32,000 bases of DNA from an uncultured Nitrososphaeraceae archaeon (GCA_963825865.1 CAWGVG010000049.1:1-32000); one strand, 5' to 3'; shown: positions 1-9,935, counted from the first letter of the stretch. Notes: a model not told the origin generated them from the sequence alone. Translations and numbers: made by a program.

Positions 1-1388
1 CATTCCCTATGTATATGTGTAGATACAACCTCATTAACAGATTAATAATAATTTGAAATTCGAAATTGCTATTTTCCTATCACAATTTTGCCTCCTTGAT
101 AGTAATTACATTTCAAAATTTTGCATACAAAGTGTTGCTACAGCAAAGTGTTTGCTGCCTATATTAAAGAAAAAGGAGACAGCATCTGTCAATGGTGATG
201 GTAGTAGTGGAAGTGGATAACCAGGGAAGGGGCAGCTGAGATCGAATAGTAGTAGCAATGGATAACCAACAGCAACAATTAGGTAATGGCTGACTCTCAG
301 TCTTTTCCTTCACCTAAATTATAGTCTAATCTTTTTCTATTTAAAGAAAGTCTCCAAAATCGCTTCACTTGCAACATTGCTCCCCACATTAGCATCATTT
401 GGTACAGTCTACATCATTTGTTGGTGGCTTGTTCATTGAATGATTGTCACAATACTTTTTACAGTAAAGAGCTTATTTATTTCTTCGACCAACCAATTGA
501 GCTTTTATAAATTCTTTTGATTTTGAAGCCGGCTAATTATCAGTAATTTTTTGGCTAATTTGCTCTAATTCTCGTTACAGATTCTTCCTTATCGAATATA
601 CCACCATACTGTAGAAAAATATGTAATTACATATGTTCTTATGCGGTTTACATTAGTAATATTCAATACCCAATAGCTAGATGTCTAGAGCAATGGTTTT
701 ACCTTGTGCACCACCGGTAAAATTCACCAGTTAGGGCATGTAACCTTTGAAATGGAGTACATGCCCAAAGAAGTAAAAAGTGAAGGGGAAGAAGCTAAAT
801 ATGGCAAGACTCAGAATAATTAGCCTGTCACATTGCACAAGTTGGTTAGATGTCAAATGCGATGGAACGGTGCCGGCATTAGAAAAGGTAAGTTCTCTAA
901 ATGAAGGTTCTTTATGCTGGCTTAAGCTAAATGAAGACAGATCAAAGGCTAGGAGAGGCATTTACAAGATTACCGAACTCAAAAGGCAAAATTTTATTGC
1001 TGCCTGGATCGTTCTACTACAACAAATCTCCTTAGCTGAAATTTTGTTGTTTAATCTACCAACCAATTTATTACCAGTTATTACCTTCATCCTTAGTTTC
1101 AACGAGTCTAGTAGAATGTTTAAATGCATACTTAATTGATTGCACAACAAAATACTACCTGTAGTGTATTACTACTAACTAAATCACAAACTCGTTTTTC
1201 TATCCCGCTTTTATGACAGGAACTCAAAATGTGTGGCAACAACAATCAAAAAAATTTATTTGTTGTTATTTCGCCAGTTTCCTGTTCTTGCTTTTCTTCA
1301 CTTTCTTTATCGTCTCCTTTTCTTCACTTTCTTCATCATTGTAATGAGAGTATACTACCGACTATCGACTGTCTCATATTATAATCTA

Positions 1389-1683
1389 TTAAGATAGCTT
1401 ATCAATTACGTTAGCTGCTTCAGCCATTGAAAATGCTTTGAGTGTTCCAGTACGTATATTGCCTAGGCTTCCGGTAACTGAATAACACTGATGCTATTGC
1501 CTCATCATTTGGAGCCTCAATTACCGATACCATATCATATCTTCCAATCGTATAATAGAAGCCGAGAAATTTACAACCTGTTTTTTCTAATGCACTTCCA
1601 AAAGATTTAGCTCGTTTTACAGTATCTTTAACATTCTTTATTCCTTGATCTGTCCAGTTCACCAGTACGATATAATTTGGCAT
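1389..1683 (-). pseudogene. GYD-domain protein with a 1-nt frameshift near 1468-1476
   Basis: MPNYIVLVNWTDQGIKNVKDT...GFYYTIGRYDMVSVIEAPNDEA fits the GYD family. The expected C-terminus GSLGNIRTGTLKAFSMAEAANVIDKLS* is readable in another frame and ends at TAA 1389-1391. The track ORF 1420..1683 ends in out-of-frame residues. Confidence 0.75.
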
Positions 1684-1786
1684 TGTTATTGTTCAGCAAC
1701 TAAGAAAGCTAGTATGGATATATATAGATACACCGGATGCGGTTGCGAAATACAGGAAGACAAAATGTATAAGACAGTTACCATGA

Positions 1787-2092
1787 GAAGATTGGTCTGG
1801 ATATAACCAGTGGATTGGAGCCGATGGTGCTGCATTTCTTTCTGCAGGCGGGTACCATCATTACATTGGCATGAATACCTGGCATAGTTTGAACGGAGAA
1901 GCTCACTTGAGTGGAGAGGCAGGATTAGAATATTTTACAATAATAATCCCAGACAGGTCATTTGTTAAGACACTTGCTTCGCGTATACAACAACACAGCT
2001 CTATTACTTCTAATTCTAAACAGGAAAGCGAGAATCAACTGTCGTTGGTTTCTGATCCAGATCACATACAGTTTCTGATTAGGTCAGAGTAG
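1787..2092 (+). pseudogene. C-terminal fragment of a two-domain VOC (glyoxalase/extradiol dioxygenase-like) protein
   Basis: The in-frame stretch ...AAFLSAGGYHHYIGMNTWHS...GLEYFTIIIPD...DPDHIQFLI matches only the C-terminal VOC module. A TGA lies just upstream at 1784-1786 and no N-terminal domain is present. Confidence 0.6.
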
Positions 2093-2247
2093 TAGTGTAA
2101 AAAGAAGCCAACCAAGTTTTTAGTATCATGTTAATTCGCTTCGGTGCATGTATGTCATTAGCAATATCTGGCAGCAAATAATCTATGCTCTAGTTTAGTT
2201 AGTCAAAATCTGGAGAGCAGAGATATCCTTTTCTTTTAGCGGTCTGT

Positions 2248-2379
2248 ATGCCGGTCGTTGAAGAAAACATGCGACTGATGAAGACGCTGGATGACGCGTG
2301 GAATGCCTAGAACTGGGATACATTTGACGAACGTCATACTGAAGATGTCGCAGTGTCTTGGCCTGGTAAACATAGATAA
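2248..2379 (+). pseudogene. SnoaL/ester-cyclase-like (NTF2 fold) N-terminal fragment with an in-frame TAG
   Basis: MPVVEENMRLMKTLDDAWNA*NWDTFDERHTEDVAVSWPGK has its TAG at 2308-2310 and is truncated after about 40 codons. The segment is visibly GC-richer than its flanks. Confidence 0.5.
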
Positions 2380-2447
2380 ATAAACTTCAATAGCTCACTA
2401 GATATTAACTAAACTCATAGACAGCATAACAACCTGGTTAAGAATAA

Positions 2448-2562
2448 TGATATTGATATCAAAACCACCTAACCGTTTGATATCAAATATGCAAACTTGG
2501 ATATCAAGAATTTGGTAAAAGCGAGAATGAAATTAATTTGCTGATATCAAGTGTAATATCAA
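2448..2562. repeat. Array of the 10-bp palindrome TTGATATCAA and near-copies
   Basis: Perfect copies lie at 2453-2462 and 2477-2486. One-mismatch copies lie at 2498-2507 (TGGATATCAA) and 2541-2550 (CTGATATCAA), and a half-site copy at 2553-2562. Centre-to-centre spacings are 24, 21 and 43 bp. Confidence 0.7.
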
Positions 2563-2729
2563 TCTGCTATATTACTATTAGATTGTATGCGAAGTGCGGG
2601 AAACTTATTTCAGTATGGGCTTTTACATTTAGCACAGGCAATAGGTGATCGTTTACTTTGTCTGTTTCTGGAGAACCAAATATGATCACAAACCTCATAT
2701 TTGAGACCTTGAACTTGTATTATTGCCAT

Positions 2730-2942
2730 TTACATTTCTGATCGACTATCTTCTACTATTATTCTACCTGTCTTGCAAATAGGACAGCATACTTGTTCCT
2801 CACAGGATATATTGCCAAGCTTTCCAGATAAATCACAGTACGATACATGCCATGAACATGATTGGCACAGAAGGAGATATTTTTTGTATACGAATAATGT
2901 TTGTTTTTGGTTATTATTGGTTATAGATCCTACACTATACAT
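2730..2942 (-). CDS. Small Cys-rich (zinc-ribbon-like) protein, hypothetical
   Basis: ORF with CQSC...C...C...CCPIC spacing. The start is probably the internal MYSVGS, because the longer form overlaps the carbonic anhydrase 3' end. No recognisable family. Confidence 0.3.
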   Translation of the reverse strand: MYSVGSITNNNQKQTLFVYKKYLLLCQSCSWHVSYCDLSGKLGNISCEEQVCCPICKTGRIIVEDSRSEM

Positions 2943-3471
2943 TTGTTCTAACACTAATCCTTTTTTGTTTTATGTCTTCACCCACTCCTTCAAGCTTTCC
3001 AGTCCTCACGTCATATACGAACCCGTAGACCGGTATATCCTTTGGAAGAAAGGGGGTCGACTTTATCCTATCTACCTGATTCTTCACATTCTCCACAAGA
3101 TCTGAAAATGAGTGGAATTTGAGTTCGCTTGCATCTGCTTTGTACTTTTGGGCGAGCTTCTTTTGTAGGTCTTCATCAGCGAAGGTAAGCATTCCGCAGT
3201 CTGTATGGTTTACGACCAAGAACTCTTGTGTTCCAAGAAGCTCGTGGGAAATAATAAGTGAACGTATAGCGTCATCAGTAGCTATCCCGCCAGCGTTTCT
3301 TATAATGTGCGCTTCTCCTGTATTCAATCCCAGGAAGTCTTCCACGGTTAATCTCGCGTCCATGCATGCAAGTACCGCAAGTTTCCTCGAAGGTGGACTC
3401 GGCAGATTCCAATGCTTGAAATCCTTAGAATATTCCTCGTTTGCTGCGAGTATTTTATTTAGTTCAGCCAT
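2935..3471 (-). CDS. Beta-class carbonic anhydrase
   Basis: 178 aa with an ATG start. It has the zinc-ligand motifs LACMDARL and VVNHTDCGM plus IIRNAGG, as in Cab-type beta-CAs. A TATA-like box lies about 25 nt upstream of the ATG. Confidence 0.9.
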   Translation of the reverse strand: MAELNKILAANEEYSKDFKHWNLPSPPSRKLAVLACMDARLTVEDFLGLNTGEAHIIRNAGGIATDDAIRSLIISHELLGTQEFLVVNHTDCGMLTFADEDLQKKLAQKYKADASELKFHSFSDLVENVKNQVDRIKSTPFLPKDIPVYGFVYDVRTGKLEGVGEDIKQKRISVRTNV

Positions 3472-3740
3472 ATCAGATACTCTATATTAGAATATAGTAG
3501 GTTGGCAATATAACTAAATCCAAGTATGCAAAATAGATTGGATATGTGTATTATTATCATCATTTTTAAAAATAAAGCTGGGATCACTCACTCTGGACTG
3601 CTAGCAAGAGAATTGCTAGAATCAGCCATAACCAACAACAACTGAGTAGTTACCTTAGGATGGTCTGTGCCTTATCTCTTTTTTAAAAATGTATATAAAT
3701 TAATGTGTGCTCATGATTTGTTTTCTTGCATCCAATTTAA

Positions 3741-3908
3741 TTAAATCCCAGATTTGTGATTATTTTTGTCGCAAGAGCAGGAAAAACCACGACATTGACT
3801 ATGGTTCCCCTGCGTGCAATAACCACATATTGTTCTGAAATCTGATGCTACATCAGTAGCTATAAAGCCATCATCCTTATCCAATGGTATATCTGAATCA
3901 TCTTTCAT
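3741..3908 (-). CDS. 55-aa Cys-rich small ORF, hypothetical (below the track threshold)
   Basis: My own translation is MKDDSDIPLDKDDGFIATDVASDFRTICGYCTQGNHSQCRGFSCSCDKNNHKSGI*. It has an ATG start and a clean stop. There is no support other than the Cys pattern. Confidence 0.25.
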   Translation of the reverse strand: MKDDSDIPLDKDDGFIATDVASDFRTICGYCTQGNHSQCRGFSCSCDKNNHKSGI

Positions 3909-4276
3909 TAAATCAATTGTCTATCGAACTATGAATCTAATAAATATTGTTTGTATAGACGACAGGGTATATAAATGTATCTAAAAAAAGATGGCCTATG
4001 CCCCTAGTATCGTTACTAGTTGCTTTTGTATTAGTAATGAGTGGACCTGAGGGCAGTATAATAAACAGCAATTATGTCTATGCGGCCATAATAACTGCCA
4101 AGTAGTGCAAAATGAGGACATATATCTACACTACGTTATGGCAGTGGTTTACTTGTTAATCTTGTAGTAACTCTTGCAAAATAGTTTGCTACTAATATAT
4201 ACTGAATTGAATTAACTATGTTAATCATTGCCTATATAAGACAAAGTAGAAGAGATACAACAGTATATCTACACAT

Positions 4277-4726
4277 ATGTTAAATGCTAATAATAATGAT
4301 TACAATAAAAAGGAACAATTCACTACTGTATCGTCTTCTTCTTCTTCTTCCAGATACAGAATACTGAGCCTAATAGACAATTTTATCGAACAAATATTCC
4401 ATATTAGAAAAACACTCCTAGGAGTTTCTATTTCTGCATTGGTATTAGCTCCTATTGCAATAGGTCTTTCAGTATTCTTGTTACAGCACGCATCGTTTTT
4501 CGCAATCCTTGATATAGAAAATGAATTTGGAGACGTCCTTGCTGTGCTTTTAGGAACGATTATTATTATTTCTTCTATATGGCTTGTAGCAGGTATAAGG
4601 CAGTATCGGCTAATTAGTTCTTGGAAGAAAAGATATGGAGATTATATCAGAGAAAAACAAGAAATAGATAGAAAGATTGCGTCACAATATAGTAGTGAAG
4701 TTAGTAATAGTAGTAGTAATTATTGA
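4277..4726 (+). CDS. Membrane protein, two predicted TM helices, hypothetical
   Basis: 149 aa. It has an N-terminal poly-Ser, two hydrophobic stretches (LLGVSISALVLAPIAIGLSVFLL and VLAVLLGTIIIISSIWLVAG) and a charged tail. Confidence 0.5.
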   Translation: MLNANNNDYNKKEQFTTVSSSSSSSRYRILSLIDNFIEQIFHIRKTLLGVSISALVLAPIAIGLSVFLLQHASFFAILDIENEFGDVLAVLLGTIIIISSIWLVAGIRQYRLISSWKKRYGDYIREKQEIDRKIASQYSSEVSNSSSNY

Positions 4727-4755
4727 TTGCTGTTTTTTTAAATAACTGCAATTTG

Positions 4756-5172
4756 TTATGTTGTTACTAGCCGCAAATGCTGTTCTTCTTGTTGATGATC
4801 TACTTCCTCTTGAAGACGACTTAGTTGTCTTGCTGGTTTTTTCTCTTCATTACTATTACTATTATTATAGACAACAAACTCTTTTCTTCTTGGGAACATT
4901 TTCTCATATGGTTCTAATATACTTCTACAAAACTCTATCCCTTTTTGTGTGGGCTTGTAGATTGCAACAATTCTTTTTCCAAATGGCAATTCGCTTTTGT
5001 TTATGAAACCATTTACCTGTAGTTCGTCAAGTATGCATCTATGCTTTTTCAAATTCAATCCACAAAAGCTAACTAATGCAGTCTGGTTTAGCTCACCATG
5101 CTCTACCAACTTTAGTATTATATCCTCAACGATGTAAATCCTGTCACGATACGATATTGGAGAAAGAGACAT
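4756..5172 (-). CDS. Winged-helix DNA-binding protein (archaeal COG3432-like regulator)
   Basis: The first ~95 aa (ILKLVEHGELNQTALVSFCGLNLKKHRCILDELQVNGFINK...IYKPTQKGIEF) look like a wHTH. The tail is low-complexity and acidic. Confidence 0.6.
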   Translation of the reverse strand: MSLSPISYRDRIYIVEDIILKLVEHGELNQTALVSFCGLNLKKHRCILDELQVNGFINKSELPFGKRIVAIYKPTQKGIEFCRSILEPYEKMFPRRKEFVVYNNSNSNEEKKPARQLSRLQEEVDHQQEEQHLRLVTT

Positions 5173-5696
5173 ATGTTAATTATATACCAGCGGTATAGTA
5201 TGCAATCAGCATATTATTATAATTAAGTTAACTATGTTAAGTAATGCAAAATCAATCCCGATAAGATGACAGAGTAAGGAAAAGAGCTATTCGGAGTTAT
5301 GGAATATTGAACAAAAAGGACTTTTACATATTCTAAAAGTCAAAATATGTGGCTATTACCAATTCGTCTATGCCTGTGTAGGTGACTAACCATTAATGAT
5401 ATAGCAAGTGAGAGTGATAGAACGGAACTATCGGATGTACAAAGAAGTCTCTATACAATGATTAGTAACAATAGTAGAGAATTCAGCCCCAAATGACAAA
5501 TATCAGGTCAAAAAGCGATTGAAGGTCAAGACCAAATGAAAGTCAATATAAGACAATGGAATGATTGGCGAATTGCTGAAATGAATTTTACAAAACTTTT
5601 GAATATTGCTTAGGACATTCTAGAAGTACGACAGCTAATTTTTGTAATACCCCTCGATATGGTCCTATTTTTTACATAATCGTTAGCAAATATATA

Positions 5697-5754
5697 GACC
5701 TATGCTTCATATAACGCTTGGATGAATGGATATAAATATATCTATCTCAATCAT
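5697..5754. repeat. 58-bp intergenic repeat, copy A
   Basis: gacctatgcttcatataacgcttggatgaatggatataaatatatctatctcaatcat differs from copy C at 18080-18136 by 2 substitutions and 1 indel. Confidence 0.85.
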
Positions 5755-6028
5755 GCCTGCTGTTTTTAAATCCGTCTTGTTATCATCATCTAATATCATA
5801 CAATACCTCTTTTGGGTCCTTATCAAATCCGATGAATAACGGAAATTTAGAAAATACAAGTTTAAAAAAGAATTTGAAATGCTTACAGAATCGTGTTCCT
5901 ATCATATCAGCTGTATATTCAGTTTGCTATAGGAATATAACCACATAGCTAATAGAGTTGTTCCAAAGCCGAAAAGGTGGGAACTAAGTTAAGTATCAAA
6001 TTATTCATCTACAAATGTGGTCCTACTC

Positions 6029-6163
6029 ATGAGGAGATGGAAGATGTTTTGTAGCTGCCCGATCTTGAAAGAAAGAGACTGCAAAAACATTCATCTTCAT
6101 GAAACAACAGGAGTACCATCTCGTCTGCATATGAAATCTTGTAGTTTTGAAACTCATGATTAA
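6029..6163 (+). CDS. 44-aa Cys/His-rich small ORF, hypothetical
   Basis: MRRWKMFCSCPILKERDCKNIHLHETTGVPSRLHMKSCSFETHD*. It lies downstream of an upstream region paralogous to the one before ORF 6601. Confidence 0.2.
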   Translation: MRRWKMFCSCPILKERDCKNIHLHETTGVPSRLHMKSCSFETHD

Positions 6164-6384
6164 TTCGTACAAAAGTAAATAAAACAACTATAATAAATCG
6201 CCAACAAAATATATCAACTGATATAATTTGTATTCATACAGGATGACAGTAATGACGAATTAGTATTAATACTGCCATTATCAGGTTTATTGAAATCGAT
6301 AAACCCGACCTATAACACACAAATCAAACTAATAATTCGCTCAGTCAGTTTCTAATATAGGATGTGCTATATAGCAGATCCTAT

Positions 6385-6406
6385 GGATATACATATATCT
6401 ATCTCA
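6385..6406. repeat. Partial copy B of the 58-bp repeat
   Basis: ggatatacatatatctatctca matches the 3' part of copy A in 21 of 22 positions. Both copies are followed 128-139 nt later by acaagtttaaaaa (5856-5868 and 6524-6536). Confidence 0.6.
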
Positions 6407-6600
6407 TTTTCTGTTATCAAAAGCTGCCTACCAAAATATCTTATCTTTGATATCGTCCTGTTACCGTTTTGTACATATTTTAAGTCCTTACAAAAACTCC
6501 TATTATAAAGAAATTAACTAAAAACAAGTTTAAAAATAAATATAATACCAAAACCATGATAGCGTAACCGTGTCGTTGTATATCTTCCAATGTTCATTTC

Positions 6601-7047
6601 ATGGAGAAAATAACGATATACTGCAGCATTCTGTTCCTTTTATTGCTCGCTGATTGTGATGTAGATGACATCTCATCTGAAAATACTGATAATAACGTAG
6701 AAAATAACTACAATAATCCTGGAGAAACTTATATTCCTGTATCTTCGTCTCCACAAAGTAAGGACAAAAAAGTTGATGTCATTGGTGAAGTTATAAACAA
6801 TGCTCGCAGGCTAGTCAAGTTTAAGGATCTCTGTTCCAAACTTTCATCTTTTAGCCAGCCAATCCAAAATGTAATGCCGTCTCAACCAAACTTCAATATT
6901 TTATATTTCAACGAAGCTCTGAAAAACATACTGCCACTTACTATTACGAACTCACGACAAATCTTTGGATTTAGGATTTATACTTGCCGGAGATGTTTAG
7001 AAGCTCCTATTGAGCCGGTTTTTTACTCTTATGTACGTTATGTTTAA
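6601..7047 (+). CDS. Hypothetical secreted or membrane-anchored protein
   Basis: 148 aa with an N-terminal hydrophobic signal (MEKITIYCSILFLLLLADC), an Asn/Asp-rich linker and a C-terminal CRRC. An A/T box lies about 65 nt upstream. Confidence 0.45.
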   Translation: MEKITIYCSILFLLLLADCDVDDISSENTDNNVENNYNNPGETYIPVSSSPQSKDKKVDVIGEVINNARRLVKFKDLCSKLSSFSQPIQNVMPSQPNFNILYFNEALKNILPLTITNSRQIFGFRIYTCRRCLEAPIEPVFYSYVRYV

Positions 7048-7076
7048 TAAATATACAATAAAAAAGAATGATAAGG

Positions 7077-7160
7077 CTGCTACCACCTGTTACCAATTTT
7101 GTTATCCCTGCTACCTCCTTGTTACTACCTGCTTTCATCTGTTGCCACCTGCTACCAACT
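7077..7160. repeat. Degenerate ~10-11-nt tandem motif (CTGYTACCWC)
   Basis: gctgctaccac ctgttaccaa ... ctgctacctc cttgttactac ctgctttcat ctgttgccac ctgctaccaac. A related GGTAGYAG/GGATAAC-rich patch lies at 190-295 on the other strand. Confidence 0.4.
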
Positions 7161-7283
7161 TATAATAAGATTATTTTGCTGATATTTCAGTTCGTTAGTT
7201 GATGTTAGTCGTTTCTTTAGATCTTTGAATGTTTTTTTGTTATTATTTATGCGTTGGCTCGCATTAGAAATTTTCGCTTCAAT
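7159..7283 (-). pseudogene. 5' stub of a terminase-like gene plus its conserved upstream motif (second copy)
   Basis: The reverse strand reads TFKDLKKRLTSTNELKYQQNNL, against MTFKDLKKIVCLATTQQQSRL at 22966. The upstream motif ttggctcgcattagaaattttcgcttcaat (7254-7283) matches ttggccgcattagaaactttcgatttgcaat (22991-23021). Confidence 0.45.
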
Positions 7284-7399
7284 CTCGTATTACCAGAACT
7301 TAAAAAGTAAAAAAGAGAGGAACATGATAACTTGTTAGATGCCTTTATCTGCAATGTCGATATTGAGTGGCCTACTATCAGCCACTGCCATACTTTGTA

Positions 7400-7700
7400 T
7401 TATAGTTATTTTAGGAAATATAGGAATTTACAGAGATTCTATATTATTATCACCTAGAAGGGCCCTCTATTGGTGGAAAGGCATTTCCTTCTGTAGTAGC
7501 TTTCAAAGATGGTAAGTTACTCGTAGGAGAAATTGCTAGACGACAAATGATATCTAATCCTGAAGGTACTGTCTTAGCCGCAAAGAGGAAAATGGGAACA
7601 GATTTTAAATTCAATGTATTTGCTAAAGAGTATACTCCACAGCAGATATCTGCACGAAAACTTCAAAATAGGATAGCACAAGACACAGCAGGAATTGGTT
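7400..7700 (+). pseudogene. Hsp70/DnaK-like N-terminal fragment, frameshifted and truncated
   Basis: [65 protein letters not shown] aligns with the DnaK segment TTPSVVAF...GE.AKRQ...NP..T....KR.MG....YTPeeISA. A different frame upstream holds a possible [11 protein letters not shown] (compare IGIDLGTTNS). DnaK similarity stops after about 7690. Confidence 0.6.
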
Positions 7701-7886
7701 TATGTTTGCATCCAGGAATTGAAGTCATTGGAGATTTTGATTATGAAATAAAAGGTAACCAAGGTATTCCAATGGCATATACAGTACATGATTTTGGAGT
7801 AACCAGACATTCAGATCAAACGAGAAAGGAGTATAACTTTGATGACGGTGGAGAATTTCTAATTGAAATGTATAGCCAACACTTTG

Positions 7887-9046
7887 TCATAGTACCTGTA
7901 TAGCTCCACTATGATTACCCAAGCTATCAAGAGCTGCACCCTTGTCATTTAACGCTCCAATTTTATGCGGGTCAATAGCTAATGCCTTATTATAATATAC
8001 TATAGCTCCCGTATAGTTTTTTAAATTATAAAGATCACGGCCTTTGTTATATAATGCTGAAGTGTCATATGCGTCTACAGCTAATGCCTTATCGTAATAT
8101 TCAATAGCTCCAGTATGGTTACCTAAATCATCAAGAGCTAGACCTTTGTTAGTTAATGCAAAGACATTCTTCGGATCTATAAACAATGCCTTATCGTAAT
8201 ATACTATAGCTCCACTATAGTTTCCTAATTTTTCAAGAACATTACCTTTGTTATATAATGCTGCAACATCATGTGGGTCTACAGCTAATGCCTTATCGTA
8301 ATATACTATAGCTCCAGTATCGTTTCCCAAGTCGTCAAGAGCATTACCTATGTGATTTAATAGATTGTATCGAATGACGGTTCGTTATATTCTAATTTTT
8401 TTCCAGGATATAGTATAAGTGGAACTTCCATATCTCCAGTTACAACATTTGTCTGAGGATCAATAGCTTCTTTTACCATTATTTCATTTCTGCTATACTT
8501 TCCCCTTTGACTTCTTGACCAAGTTATTGATCCATGCAGCTTATACAATAGTACATCTTCACCTCTACCAGAAAAATATCCAGTTCATTCATGAGCAAAA
8601 CCGTCAAAATATTTTTTGGAATTTATAACACAAAACCGTTCAACACAAATATCATAATTGGTAGAAAAAATATGCAATGGCTTGTAAAGAGATATGAAGT
8701 CAGATAGCGGTTGTAAATATTGGATATCTATCTCCTTTTTGCCAGTACTTATTGCAACTGAGCGTTTTAATATATCAGACAAGAACTTTTTTTTGCTTGC
8801 GTATTTAACCTCTAATTGCTGGTATTTAGTTAATTTCAGATTATTATTCACAAAAAATTGGGATAAAACATTGTCATCTCTATCCTCAATCTTTTCTATC
8901 GCTTCGAGACTTGTAGATTTAAGACAGAGTACAACACCAGAAATATAGATAGGGTATGATAAAGCGAGAGCTCCAATCGGAAATCCTGAAGGCTTCAAAC
9001 CAGATGAGACAGTTTCATACTTAATTCCATCTAATACAAATTTCAA
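7887..9046 (-). pseudogene. SIR2-like (SIR2_2 type) domain fused to TPR repeats, with an in-frame TGA and a frameshift
   Basis: ...LHIFSTNYDICVERF...FDGFAHE*TGYFSGRGEDVLLYKLHGSITW has its TGA at 8585-8587, and both ORFs share one frame. A frameshift near 8335-8360 leads into at least 4 TPR units (GNxxGAIxYYDKALAxDP). Confidence 0.65.
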
Positions 9047-9218
9047 ACCTCACATAGCATATCTTCAAGGCAATTGGAAAAACAACGCCGGTAACATTGT
9101 TTTGACATAAGTTAAGTATCTGCACAATACCTGCTTATCCAGCAACAGGTATTTTGTATACTCAAAACAATCCAGAATTCATTAAGTATTCGAGCTCAAC
9201 TATGAAACAGCAAGAGCA

Positions 9219-9466
9219 ATGACAATAGCAACAAGTATAGCGGAGAAGAGACAAAGTACAAGAAGCTTTGCAGCAAAGGATATAGTCAAAGACAGATATC
9301 GCACATGCTGCAAGTTGGACTGGCTACCATAAATAGAGACATATCATACCTGAGAAATCAAGCTAAAACCAACATCAAAAGATACATTGATGAAAGACTA
9401 CCAGAAGAGTATGAGAAATGTCTAGTTGGGTTGACAGCAATTCTAAAGGAAGAACACCACTATTAG
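9219..9466 (+). pseudogene. HTH protein of the integrated-element module (copy 1), two frameshifts
   Basis: Reconstructed as ...RRDKVQE/LCSKGYSQRQISHMLQVGLATINRDISYLRNQAKTNIKRYIDERLPEEYEKCLVGLTAILKEEHHY*. The N-terminus is paralogous to the stub at 14317. Confidence 0.5.
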
Positions 9467-9480
9467 TCTAGTGGTGTTCT
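9451..9480. repeat. Perfect 12-bp inverted repeat with a 6-nt spacer
   Basis: agaacaccacta ttagtc tagtggtgttct overlaps the stop codon of the HTH remnant. Confidence 0.8.
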
Positions 9481-9644
9481 TATATTCCGCTACCAAACTG
9501 AAAGCTCGGGATAATCTGGCTATTTTTATTTCTGTTTCTTGAAGTTTATGGATTTGAAACGTTGGGAGCTTTGGTTGCAGATTTTCTAACCGGTAAGTTT
9601 CCTATAATCATGAAGACAGACATATCCAGAGCCTTGATTCTAAT

Positions 9645-9935
9645 ATGCAAAGCAATGGTATGCAGACAACAGTAAATGGACAATTCGAACCAACTTTTTA
9701 CAAAAATATAGATTTAGACGATATGCTAAATTATCTGTTAAACATCAGAAAGTTTCAAAATCACAATGCCAGAAGCTTGGTCAATTATTTCCGTAGCTTT
9801 CGAGACATATTTTTTGGTCCTGATCCTGCAGAAATTCTAAAGTTAAAACCACATAAGAGATCATGGATTCTGCAAGCAATCCGACATTTTGGAAATTACA
9901 ATGGCAATACAATCGTTTCAAGAAATACAAAGTAA
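9645..9935 (+). pseudogene. Possible N-terminal (SAM-like) fragment of a tyrosine integrase
   Basis: The 96-aa ORF (…LNYLLNIRKFQNHNARSLVNYFRSFRDIFFG...KPHKRSWILQAIRHFGNY) is helical and sits directly after the HTH remnant. No catalytic domain follows. The assignment rests on context and general resemblance only. Confidence 0.3.

Noticed and set aside
731-1150. ORFs 780..1139 (+), and 962..1150 plus 731..961 (-). The two minus-strand ORFs share one frame and are separated by a single stop.
   Set aside because: Neither strand gives a recognisable family, and the residue composition looks non-protein-like. I cannot decide which strand, if either, is coding, so I left them unannotated.
2448-2562. 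Replication origin (ORB elements) as the interpretation of the palindrome array
   Set aside because: No adjacent cdc6/orc1 gene, no obvious long AT-rich unwinding element flanked by inverted ORBs, and the motif does not resemble known ORB or mini-ORB consensus sequences.
9679-9697. 10-nt match GACAATTCGA between the putative integrase N-terminal ORF and the 36-bp att-like repeat. This would hint at an SSV-type attP inside the integrase gene.
   Set aside because: The match is too short to distinguish from chance in AT-rich DNA, and the two integrase halves are in opposite orientation, unlike a simple SSV-type split.
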